DNA of 64,000 nucleotides from Candidatus Termititenax sp. (lineage in GTDB: Bacteria; Margulisbacteria; Riflemargulisbacteria; GWF2-35-9; DYQY01), in the NCBI GenBank assembly GCA_020719045.1, contig DYQY01000003.1:62149-126148 (forward strand). Direction: 5' to 3'. Positions 1-8,592 of the stretch are shown here, in pieces; the stretch's first letter is position 1, and every line of letters begins with the position of its first letter. The notes beneath the pieces were generated by a model, which worked only from the letters and a program-made list of their open reading frames with translations, did no database searches and was not told the origin of the DNA. The position numbers and the translations under genes were made by a program.

Positions 1-34
1 CCATAATTAACGCAAACAAAGGAGAAAAATAATC

Positions 35-3000
35 ATGATGGGAATAATTGAATTTTTTATTAGAAGACCAAAAGTAGTAAATCTTGTTCTAACATTTATA
101 TTGCTAATGGGAACATTTGCTCTAAACAACCTTAACAAACAAGGCTACCCCTCTGTTGACTACGGTTTTGTTAGCATTACTACTGTCTATCCAGGCGCCT
201 CACCAGAAGATGTTGAGCTAAAAGTAACCAATAAAATTGAAGAAAAGCTGAAAGGTGTTGACGGAATAAAAGAGCTTAATTCAAGATCTCTAGAAAACTA
301 TTCTATTATTGCTATCCAACTTGACGATTCTGTAGATACTGCAAAAACAAAAGCAGATATCAAAAAAGCAGTAGACCAAGTAGACAACCTCCCATCTGAC
401 ATCAAAAACAAACCACTAATTATTGAGATAAATACAGACGCAATTCCTCTGATTGAAGTTGCTATTTTAGGAGACGCAGATTATGGTCTTAAAAGAAAAT
501 ATGCAAAAGCACTAGAAGACAAATTTAAGGCTAACAAAGTTGTTGGTTCAGTATATAAATATGGGTATTTAGAAAAAGAAGTAAAAGTAGAGGTAGACCA
601 AAACAAACTTATCTCTAACTATGTTTCATTAGCTGAAGTTATGGCAGGAATTACAGCGCACAACTTCAGGATGAGTGCTGGAGATTTAAAAAGTAAAGAT
701 AACGAAAAGAAACTTATCGTTATGTCTGAGTTTGATGCAATAGAAAACGTTGGAGACGTAATAGTAAGAAGTGATTTCCAAGGCAATAGAATTGTAGTTT
801 CAGACATTGCAAGAATTATTGACGGCTATGAAAAACCAGAACTAGAAACAAGCACCAATGGTAAAAAATCCATTAATCTACTTGTTAAGAAGAAACCACA
901 AGCTGACGTTATTAAAGCCTCAGCAGAAATCAAAAAAGTTCTTGCTGAATTCCAAAAAACACTTCCTGAAAATGTACAGGCAGTGCAAGTTGTAGATTAC
1001 TCAACAGAAACTAAAGACCTTCTAAACCTTGTAATAAGCAATGCTAAAATGGGTTTTGTTCTTGTTATCATCACCCTTCTAGTCCTTCTAAACTTCAAAA
1101 TAGCTTTCTGGACAGCGCTAGGAATCCCAGTTTCTATCTTATTTTCGCTAGCACTTTTTCCATACTTTGGATTAACGATTAACTTCATAACTTTAACTGG
1201 GATAATCATTGTACTAGGAATGGTAGTTGATGATGCTATTATTGTTGGCGAAAACATCTACCACTACCGAGAACAAGGACTACCACCTATTGAAGCTGCT
1301 ATTAAAGGTGTTCAGGAGGTTCTATGGCCAGTTGTTGCGACTATTACTACCACTGTTATTGTATTCTTACCCATGCTCTTCATGAAGGGAATTATGGGGA
1401 AATTTATGGTTCAAATGCCAATTGCTGTTTCACTAATACTTGTCGCATCCCTACTAGAGTCTTTGTTTCTATTACCTGCTCATATTGCTAGCATACAAGT
1501 TAAGAAAAAAGAAAAAGAAAAAGTTACAATTATGAACAGACTGGAAAACATTTACGAAAAAATTGTTCTATTTACAATTCATCACAAATATAAAGTTGCG
1601 TTATCTTTCATCCTTATGTTTGCTTTCTCAATAATACTTATGTTTACAAGTATTAAGTTTAGACTATTCCCATCAGATGATGGACTATACGCATATATAA
1701 TGTATGAAACAAAACAGGGAACTAGCCTTGAAGAAACAGCCAGACTTTCCATGCAACTAGAAGAAAAACTAAAACCATATATTGGCAAATATATTGCATC
1801 TGTAGTTTCCACAGTTGGACAAAAGATACCAGATGTGGCTGACTACGGAGGCAACTATCAAGCTGGATTTGTTGGCAACATCATGCTTCATCTTACTCCT
1901 ATGAATGGACGCGACATTACCTCAACCGAAATTGTTAAAAACATCAAAAAAGACTTTGAAGGAGTCAAAGGCTTCACAAGCTTAGTTGTAGATGTTGTAT
2001 CTGACGGTCCCCCGTTAGGAAAACCCATCACAATAACACTAGTGAGTGATAATGATGCTGTAAGAAGCAAAATTACAGAACAAGTAAAGAAAATCTTAGC
2101 TAATGAAAAAGGAGTCTTTGATATTGACGACAATGAAAGTAAAGGCAAAAAAAGAATAGACATTTCTTTTGACTACGGCCTCATGTCTAGACTAGGACTA
2201 AATGCTGCTTCTGTTGCGAATACTATCCGAGCAGCTTACGACGGTGTTGTTGTAACAGAACTAAGAGCAAATGGTGAAGATGTTGACTTTAGAGTTATCC
2301 TAAATGAATCATCAAGGTATTCTTCATCTCCTTTAAAATCATCTAGTATTAATGATGTGAACGCTCTCACAGTAATGAATAACCAAGGAAAGCTTATTCC
2401 GCTTGGACAATTCATTAGCACAAAAGAAAGAGATGATAAACTAAAAATAAATCATTATGACGGCATCAGATCAATAACTATCTTTGCTGATATTGATTTG
2501 GAAAAACTCACTGCTTCCGAAATTAATAGAAAATTAAAAGACACTCTAACGCCTATTGAAAAGGAGAACCCAGAATTAAGAATAGTGTTTGGTGGAGAAG
2601 AAAAAGATACCGAAGAAGCGATGAGCAGCCTATACTCTGCACTTATACTTGCGCTAGTAGGAATCTACTTTATCTTGGTTGTACTATTTAACAGCTTTAC
2701 TCAACCATTCTTAGTTATGACAGCTATCCCTTTCAGCCTTTCAGGTGTTATTTTCACCTTCTTCCTACATAATCAGCCATTCAGCTTCGCTTCCATGATT
2801 GGTGTTATTGGACTAACCGGTGTTGTAGTAAACGACTCTCTGGTTATGATTAGCTTTCTTAATCAAAAGAAACATGAAGTTGGGGTTACTCCAGAAAAGA
2901 TGGCAGAAGCGGCAAAACGTCGTCTACGACCTATACTATTAACGACCATTACTACTGCTGCTGGATTATTTCCAACTGCCTATGGGTTTGGTGGAGACAA

Positions 3001-3163
3001 TCCATTCATCGTTCCTCTTATGTTAGCTATTGCTTGGGGACTTGTGTTTGCAACACTAATTACCCTACTGTTGATACCAGCATTATATGTTATTCAACAC
3101 AACGTTAATGTAAGATTCAAAAAAGTTTGTATTGGTGACCGCTGTAAAGATACAATGCTGTAA
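35..3163 (+). CDS. RND-family multidrug efflux permease (AcrB/AcrD-like inner-membrane transporter)
   Basis: 1042 aa, 12-TM topology with two large periplasmic loops, typical HAE1 length and N-terminal MxxxIEFFIRRP-like start; good RBS (aaaggag) before the ATG at 35. Confidence 0.88.
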   Translation: MMGIIEFFIRRPKVVNLVLTFILLMGTFALNNLNKQGYPSVDYGFVSITTVYPGASPEDVELKVTNKIEEKLKGVDGIKELNSRSLENYSIIAIQLDDSVDTAKTKADIKKAVDQVDNLPSDIKNKPLIIEINTDAIPLIEVAILGDADYGLKRKYAKALEDKFKANKVVGSVYKYGYLEKEVKVEVDQNKLISNYVSLAEVMAGITAHNFRMSAGDLKSKDNEKKLIVMSEFDAIENVGDVIVRSDFQGNRIVVSDIARIIDGYEKPELETSTNGKKSINLLVKKKPQADVIKASAEIKKVLAEFQKTLPENVQAVQVVDYSTETKDLLNLVISNAKMGFVLVIITLLVLLNFKIAFWTALGIPVSILFSLALFPYFGLTINFITLTGIIIVLGMVVDDAIIVGENIYHYREQGLPPIEAAIKGVQEVLWPVVATITTTVIVFLPMLFMKGIMGKFMVQMPIAVSLILVASLLESLFLLPAHIASIQVKKKEKEKVTIMNRLENIYEKIVLFTIHHKYKVALSFILMFAFSIILMFTSIKFRLFPSDDGLYAYIMYETKQGTSLEETARLSMQLEEKLKPYIGKYIASVVSTVGQKIPDVADYGGNYQAGFVGNIMLHLTPMNGRDITSTEIVKNIKKDFEGVKGFTSLVVDVVSDGPPLGKPITITLVSDNDAVRSKITEQVKKILANEKGVFDIDDNESKGKKRIDISFDYGLMSRLGLNAASVANTIRAAYDGVVVTELRANGEDVDFRVILNESSRYSSSPLKSSSINDVNALTVMNNQGKLIPLGQFISTKERDDKLKINHYDGIRSITIFADIDLEKLTASEINRKLKDTLTPIEKENPELRIVFGGEEKDTEEAMSSLYSALILALVGIYFILVVLFNSFTQPFLVMTAIPFSLSGVIFTFFLHNQPFSFASMIGVIGLTGVVVNDSLVMISFLNQKKHEVGVTPEKMAEAAKRRLRPILLTTITTAAGLFPTAYGFGGDNPFIVPLMLAIAWGLVFATLITLLLIPALYVIQHNVNVRFKKVCIGDRCKDTML

Positions 3164-3174
3164 CAATAATAATT

Positions 3175-3199
3175 AAGCCCGGTTAACTCTGGGCTTTTT
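3175..3199. terminator. Rho-independent terminator between convergent acrB-like and membrane-protein genes
   Basis: aagccc(3175-3180)/gggctt(3191-3196) stem followed by a T-run (3195-3199), directly after the stop at 3163. Confidence 0.5.
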
Positions 3200-3204
3200 G
3201 TTAG

Positions 3205-3984
3205 CTAAATAATAAAATCTATAATTATCCCTACCGCTAATAAAATACTAAAAAAGCTTTGTAGCTGATATGTTTTAGCAAGTGTTTCTTCAGATAAATC
3301 ATTATAGAAAACCCTCATAACTAAAACATAAACCCTAATACTTAAAAAAAAGACAATTAACAGTGGCCATTGATGCCTGAAAATTACAAACAATAAAACA
3401 ATCACATATGGAAAAACTAATGAAAAATAATATAAGCGCTTCCCCTTCACAATCCTTTTTAAATACCTGAGCTCTGTTTTCATTAAAATATTCAAGGTAC
3501 TAGCAGCCATCATAATTAGTCCAAAGGCTATAGAAAACATAAGTACTATAAAAGAAAAACTTGCACTTAACGCATAAAACAACCCCAGAAAAACTAACGG
3601 TCCAAACAAAAGAAAAGTCATAAATTCACGATACTTTGTTTGATTAAATAAAAAAGCAAAATATCCAGCAAACAGAAACCATATCAAGTTATAGCTAGAA
3701 TAAAATATAAAATACATAAAAATAACAGCAACTGTAACCCACAATAAAGCAAATAATAACAATGTTAAGATACTCTTTTTATCTTTATTTGCGACATGTT
3801 CATCACGCAAATAAATAGCAATATTTATGATAATTGTACCTGCTAACAAAAGGACAATCTCAATAATCCCAGCTAAGTATCCTGCTGATTTAGCTAATAT
3901 AAAGCATACCAGTATTGGAATAATAGATGAAGTTAGAAAGTGCCACTTAATAGGAGCTAAAAACTTTAGAATGTTATTAATCAT
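3205..3984 (-). CDS. polytopic integral membrane protein, function unknown
   Basis: 259 aa, about 8 hydrophobic helices; no recognisable catalytic motif. Confidence 0.4.
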   Translation of the reverse strand: MINNILKFLAPIKWHFLTSSIIPILVCFILAKSAGYLAGIIEIVLLLAGTIIINIAIYLRDEHVANKDKKSILTLLLFALLWVTVAVIFMYFIFYSSYNLIWFLFAGYFAFLFNQTKYREFMTFLLFGPLVFLGLFYALSASFSFIVLMFSIAFGLIMMAASTLNILMKTELRYLKRIVKGKRLYYFSLVFPYVIVLLFVIFRHQWPLLIVFFLSIRVYVLVMRVFYNDLSEETLAKTYQLQSFFSILLAVGIIIDFII

Positions 3985-4030
3985 TATCTGACATTATAAT
4001 AAAAATATTGATATAGATACAATAATAGTT

Positions 4031-6109
4031 TTATTCCTGTAACTCATAACTAATCAGCTGCAACATAACAACTAAGTTCTCAGGCAACTTCCCAAACCTA
4101 TCTTCGCATTCCTTTACTAACTCTTGAACTGCTTGCTTACTATCTAGGCTTGCTATCGATTTATATAACGCCAACCTAATGCTCATATCTGGAATATACT
4201 CTTCTGGGATATATGCTTGCATTCTGGTTGAAATATTCAAATAAGGTCTTTCTCTATGCTTTTCACCTTTTTCACTAGCAATCGCCTCATTTAAAATATG
4301 CATATAGAACTCAAATCCAACAGCTTCCATGTACCCGCTTTGTGCAGTGCCAAGAATATTTCCGATACCTCTAAGTTCTAAATCCCTAAGTGCAATGTCA
4401 TAGCCAGACCCAAGCGTAGAAAACTCCATTAACGCCTCAAAACGCTCCTTTACTTCTTGAGTAAACAAACTCTTGTCTCTGTACAACAAATAGCAATACG
4501 ATTGAATCTGATTCCTTCCAACCCTTCCTCTAAGCTGGTGAAGCTGAGCAAGACCAAAATGTTCTGCATTATTAACTATCATTGTATGTGCATTAGGGAT
4601 GTCCACCCCATTTTCAATAATAGTTGTAGCTATAAGCACATGGAATTTATCTTCATAGAAGTCCATCATCAAGTTTTCTAACTGGTGAGCACTCATCTGC
4701 CCATGACCAACTCGAATATCAATATCAGGTAGTACATGATGAAGCTGATTCCTCAAATGAACAATATCGCTTATGCGATTGTGTAAAATAAAAACTTGCC
4801 CCTTACGTTTAAGCTCAAACTTAATCTTATCCCTAATATAATCTATATCAAACTCATGTGCTTCTGTAATTATTGGTAAACGCGCTAACGGTGGTGTATT
4901 AATAACACTAATGTCTCGAATCCCTGAAATAGACATATATAAGGTTCGTGGTAATGGTGTAGCTGATAGCGTTAGAACATCAATATGACTTCGATATTTT
5001 TTAAGCATCTCCTTTGCAATAACGCCAAACCTCTGCTCCTCATCAATAATAAGTAGTCCTAAGTCACTAAACTCAATATCCTTCTGAAGTAGTCTATGTG
5101 TTCCTACAATAATGTCTATCATTCCTAGCTTTAACCGATTTAAAGTTCCTTGTTGTTCTTTCCTAGTTTTGAACCTGTTTATAAACTCGACATTCACACC
5201 CAAACTCTCAAGCCTACTCTTAAAAACCTCATAATGTTGTTTAGATAAAATCGTCGTTGGTGCAAGCATAGCAACCTGCTTTCGGCTAACAACAGCTTTA
5301 AGTGCTGCTCTTATCGCGACCTCTGTTTTACCAAACCCAACATCACCACAAACCAGTCTATCCATAGCCTTTGGTGCCTCCATGTCTTTTCTAATATCCT
5401 CTATAGCTTTAAGCTGGTCTCGTGTCTCCTTAAATGGAAATGACTCTGCTAACTGCAAAGTAAGCTCACTATCCTCCTGAAAGGAAAAACCATCCCTTAG
5501 CTTCCTGTTTTTATATAGATGGAAAAGATCCTTGGCAACATCTTTAACTACTTTTTTAACTCGCTGCTGTGTCTTTTCCCAGAGCTTGTCTCTCAATGAA
5601 TTAATTACTGGTGATGTGCCTCCAGTAAACTTATATATTCTTGCAAGTTGCTCAATAGGGATAAAAATCTTGTCGCCTTCTTGATACTCAACTACTGCAT
5701 ACTCGCCTTCAAATTTTCCAAACGTCATCCTTTGTAAACCTTGATAAATCCCAATACCATGATTAACATGCACTACTTTATCACCTATATTTAGGTCAAA
5801 CAGTATTTCATGTGGGATTACATACTCGTGATGCTTAATGCTCTTATCAAAGGGATTAATCTCGACACTATCATGTTTTGACAAGGAGCGCTGTGTTGAC
5901 GGCTCAAAGGTTCTAATATCATCAATGACATTATCGAAAAGCTCTATTCTGATCGGGACATTACTATTAGACGTAAAAACATCAATAATACTTCCTCTAA
6001 CAGCATACTCTCCTGGGTTTAGAACAAGTTTTGTTCTGGAATAGTGGTCAGCCTCCAATTCAGCAATTGTTTGCTCGACATCAATTATTAACCCTACTTC
6101 AAATTTCAT
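4031..6109 (-). CDS. mfd: transcription-repair coupling factor Mfd, short form lacking the N-terminal UvrB-homology module
   Basis: 692 aa with SF2 helicase motifs (GDVGFGKTEVA Walker A, LLIIDEEQRFG DEEQ box, LTLSATPLPRT, QLRGRVGR) and a TRG/D7-like C-terminus. Only ~130 nt of non-coding sequence lies upstream before the divergent ferritin gene. Confidence 0.85.
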   Translation of the reverse strand: MKFEVGLIIDVEQTIAELEADHYSRTKLVLNPGEYAVRGSIIDVFTSNSNVPIRIELFDNVIDDIRTFEPSTQRSLSKHDSVEINPFDKSIKHHEYVIPHEILFDLNIGDKVVHVNHGIGIYQGLQRMTFGKFEGEYAVVEYQEGDKIFIPIEQLARIYKFTGGTSPVINSLRDKLWEKTQQRVKKVVKDVAKDLFHLYKNRKLRDGFSFQEDSELTLQLAESFPFKETRDQLKAIEDIRKDMEAPKAMDRLVCGDVGFGKTEVAIRAALKAVVSRKQVAMLAPTTILSKQHYEVFKSRLESLGVNVEFINRFKTRKEQQGTLNRLKLGMIDIIVGTHRLLQKDIEFSDLGLLIIDEEQRFGVIAKEMLKKYRSHIDVLTLSATPLPRTLYMSISGIRDISVINTPPLARLPIITEAHEFDIDYIRDKIKFELKRKGQVFILHNRISDIVHLRNQLHHVLPDIDIRVGHGQMSAHQLENLMMDFYEDKFHVLIATTIIENGVDIPNAHTMIVNNAEHFGLAQLHQLRGRVGRNQIQSYCYLLYRDKSLFTQEVKERFEALMEFSTLGSGYDIALRDLELRGIGNILGTAQSGYMEAVGFEFYMHILNEAIASEKGEKHRERPYLNISTRMQAYIPEEYIPDMSIRLALYKSIASLDSKQAVQELVKECEDRFGKLPENLVVMLQLISYELQE

Positions 6110-6250
6110 AGTGTAACTATTTTAGTCTTTATAGAAATTAAAGGCAAATACTCCCCTCCGTCACTTCGTGCCACCTCCCCAAAATAAACATTGAATACGA
6201 TTTTCTAATCCTCTACAATACAATTAATAAATTAAAGGAGAGTGTTTCTA

Positions 6251-6763
6251 ATGTTAAACAAGAAAATGCAAGACGCTATCAATGACCAAATCAACTTCGA
6301 ACTATATTCAGCATACATTTACTTAGCAATGTCTGCTTATTTTGAATCCATAAATCTTAAAGGTATGGCTAACTGGATGAGAGTACAAGTAATGGAAGAG
6401 CAATCACATGCTAAAAAATTCTATAGTTTTATAACTGACAGGGGCGGAAGGGTTGTGCTATCTCCAATTGGCGATCCTGGCCAAAACTGGAAAAGCCCAA
6501 TCGACGCTTTTGAAGAAGCTCTTAAACATGAAAATAAAGTAACAGCCAGAATCGGAAAACTAATGGAACTCGCTTATGAAATTAAAGACCATGCTAGTGC
6601 TAGTTTTCTACAATGGTTTGTTGATGAACAAGTAGAAGAAGAGTCAAACGTTGATGCAATAATCCAAAGCCTTAAATTGGCTGGTGACTCCGCTGGACTA
6701 TTTATGGTTGATAAAGATTTAGCTACAAGAATGTTTGTTCCTCCTATTGGTGTAACAATCTAG
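6251..6763 (+). CDS. ftn: ferritin (non-haem, Ftn-like)
   Basis: Ferritin-like di-iron motifs (EL.SAYIYLAMSAYF, EEQSHAKKF, ALKHE) are present. The start is placed at ATG 6251, 10 nt after GGAG 6237-6240, because the track GTG at 6242 lies too close to the RBS. Confidence 0.85.
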   Translation: MLNKKMQDAINDQINFELYSAYIYLAMSAYFESINLKGMANWMRVQVMEEQSHAKKFYSFITDRGGRVVLSPIGDPGQNWKSPIDAFEEALKHENKVTARIGKLMELAYEIKDHASASFLQWFVDEQVEEESNVDAIIQSLKLAGDSAGLFMVDKDLATRMFVPPIGVTI

Positions 6764-7224
6764 TGGATAAGTCTGCTTTATTTAAACTAGGTTACGGAGT
6801 TTACATAGTAAGTTCACTCCAAGACAAAAAATACAATGCTCAGATAGCCACCTGCATAAACAAAGACAATCTTACGCATGAATATATAGAAAAAAGTGGT
6901 GTTTTCGGAGTATCTATTTTAGAGCAAGATACTCCAATGACTTTCATTGGGAAATTCGGCTTTAAAAGTGGCAGAGATATTAATAAGTTTGAAGATACGG
7001 TCTATGAAATAGGGGTAACTGGTGCACCTTTGATAACTGAAAGCTCTTCTGCAATATTAGAAGCAAAAGTTGTAAGCAAAATGGATACTGGAACCCACAC
7101 AATGTTCATTGGCGAGGTACAAAATTGTAATAACCTATCTGACAAACCAGCACTTACATATGATTACTATCATAATGTAAAGAAAATGAAATCACCTAAA
7201 ACAGCACCTACCTATAACGCTTAA
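6763..7224 (+). CDS. flavin reductase-like (FMN-binding split-barrel / flavoredoxin-like) protein
   Basis: 153 aa with a GYGVYIVSS...ATCINK...GVS motif pattern typical of the flavin reductase-like domain. Its GTG start overlaps the ferritin stop by 1 nt (taGtg). Confidence 0.65.
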   Translation: MDKSALFKLGYGVYIVSSLQDKKYNAQIATCINKDNLTHEYIEKSGVFGVSILEQDTPMTFIGKFGFKSGRDINKFEDTVYEIGVTGAPLITESSSAILEAKVVSKMDTGTHTMFIGEVQNCNNLSDKPALTYDYYHNVKKMKSPKTAPTYNA

Positions 7225-7226
7225 TC

Positions 7227-8498
7227 TTAGGTTCTACGTTTACCGTGCCGAGAACGAAAGGTTTGGTTTTTAGGTGTCCAAGGTTGACGCTCTTGTTGTC
7301 CTTCTTCGTCATGAATGCCTAGATTTTCAGCTGATTCCTCTTGTGCCTCAGTTTCATGACCAAGCAATTGCACCTTCTCACCAACAGGTTCCTCACCTTG
7401 GAGTGCACTCTGTAATGCTTTTTCCGCATCTTCATAAATAATAAGCTCTCCTCTATCACTAACAATAACAATAGCATCTACCAGTACTGGCTCTTTTACT
7501 TCTCTAATTGTTTTGTGTTTGCCTTTATCCAAAGTATTTCCATCGGAACCTGCTGCAGTACTTATACCTCCAAGTATTGGTGCATAAGCCTCGGTCTTAA
7601 CTAGTTCACAAATGGATCCAGCATGACTAGTTAGCACTACAGACACACCACGTTGAAGCGTGTTTGCAAGAATAGCTGCTTCTCCTTTAGTCCATAACTC
7701 ATCACAAACAATGACTTCTGGAGTAAAGCCTACTGTAGAATTTATAAACATTGTCTTTAAATATTCTCTATCCCCTTTGCCTCTTAAAACTGTTGCTGGA
7801 CCAAGAAAAGGATGTTTGCCGGTTTCAGACATACAGGCTATTTCATCTGACGCATCTGCTACTACGACCCTTTTCATTAAATCCATACCTAAATATCTAA
7901 TAATTGACCTTAACCAAGTAGTTTTCCCTGAACCAGGCGCTCCTGCGATTAGAATCTTCTTACCTGACTTAAGCAACTCTGCTAATTTATCAATTCTAGC
8001 TACATCTATATCAATAAGACGGCTAAGCCTAAAAAACATATGGTCAGAGGATGAACCTGCAGGAATATTATCTTCAATAGATACTCTATTTAGTGTTCCT
8101 GGTATGATATGCCTAACGCCTGAAGTGAACACCTTTTCGTTATGTTCTCTTATGGTGGCGATGACTCTTTTCATTACAGTAGCAGTAGTAACGGTTTCAA
8201 AAATATGCCAAGGCAATGCTCCTTCCTTTCCTTTATTATAAAAGAAAGCGATTGCTGGCTCATTTAAGGATATCTTAATATCAATTAAATCATCCAAAAA
8301 ATTAGGACAAGTTTCTAAGATTTCATTTATCTCATCTTGTAAATCAAGTGGTAGCATACTTAATAAACTTTTTTGAAACTTTGCATTCTCCTCTACTAGC
8401 TGTGAGGCTGAAAGCTGATACCTGCTCATATTTGCTACCCTGCGCTCTACTGGGTTTTGAATTACTGCTGATTTTACTGAAACTAATTTATTAAACAT
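7227..8498 (-). CDS. SpoIIIAA/ycf45-family P-loop ATPase with a long charged C-terminal tail
   Basis: Walker A GAPGSGKTT, Walker B VIVCDE, and a downstream VVLTSHAGS block as in SpoIIIAA-like ATPases. The last ~60 aa are Glu/Gln/Arg-rich. The gene looks more G+C-rich than neighbouring genes. Confidence 0.65.
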   Translation of the reverse strand: MFNKLVSVKSAVIQNPVERRVANMSRYQLSASQLVEENAKFQKSLLSMLPLDLQDEINEILETCPNFLDDLIDIKISLNEPAIAFFYNKGKEGALPWHIFETVTTATVMKRVIATIREHNEKVFTSGVRHIIPGTLNRVSIEDNIPAGSSSDHMFFRLSRLIDIDVARIDKLAELLKSGKKILIAGAPGSGKTTWLRSIIRYLGMDLMKRVVVADASDEIACMSETGKHPFLGPATVLRGKGDREYLKTMFINSTVGFTPEVIVCDELWTKGEAAILANTLQRGVSVVLTSHAGSICELVKTEAYAPILGGISTAAGSDGNTLDKGKHKTIREVKEPVLVDAIVIVSDRGELIIYEDAEKALQSALQGEEPVGEKVQLLGHETEAQEESAENLGIHDEEGQQERQPWTPKNQTFRSRHGKRRT

Positions 8499-8592
8499 TT
8501 AATCTCCCTTAAAATAAATAATTATGTCCTGAAATAAATCAGATACAGCAAGTTATCGTCACTCAAAAAATTAAATCCATGGAATGTTTCTG

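Noticed and set aside
619-2421. Multiple 60-90-aa antisense ORFs inside acrB (619..807, 997..1257, 1582..1812, 1888..2163, 2236..2421) and similar ones inside mfd, polA, feoB, hcp and others.
   Set aside because: They are fully embedded antisense in long, motif-validated genes, have no RBS, and give low-complexity translations. They are artefacts of the AT-rich sequence.
6110-6250. Possible Fur/PerR box in the mfd-ferritin divergent region (aatacgattttctaatc).
   Set aside because: Only a weak resemblance to GATAATGATAATCATTATC; there is no clear dyad symmetry.
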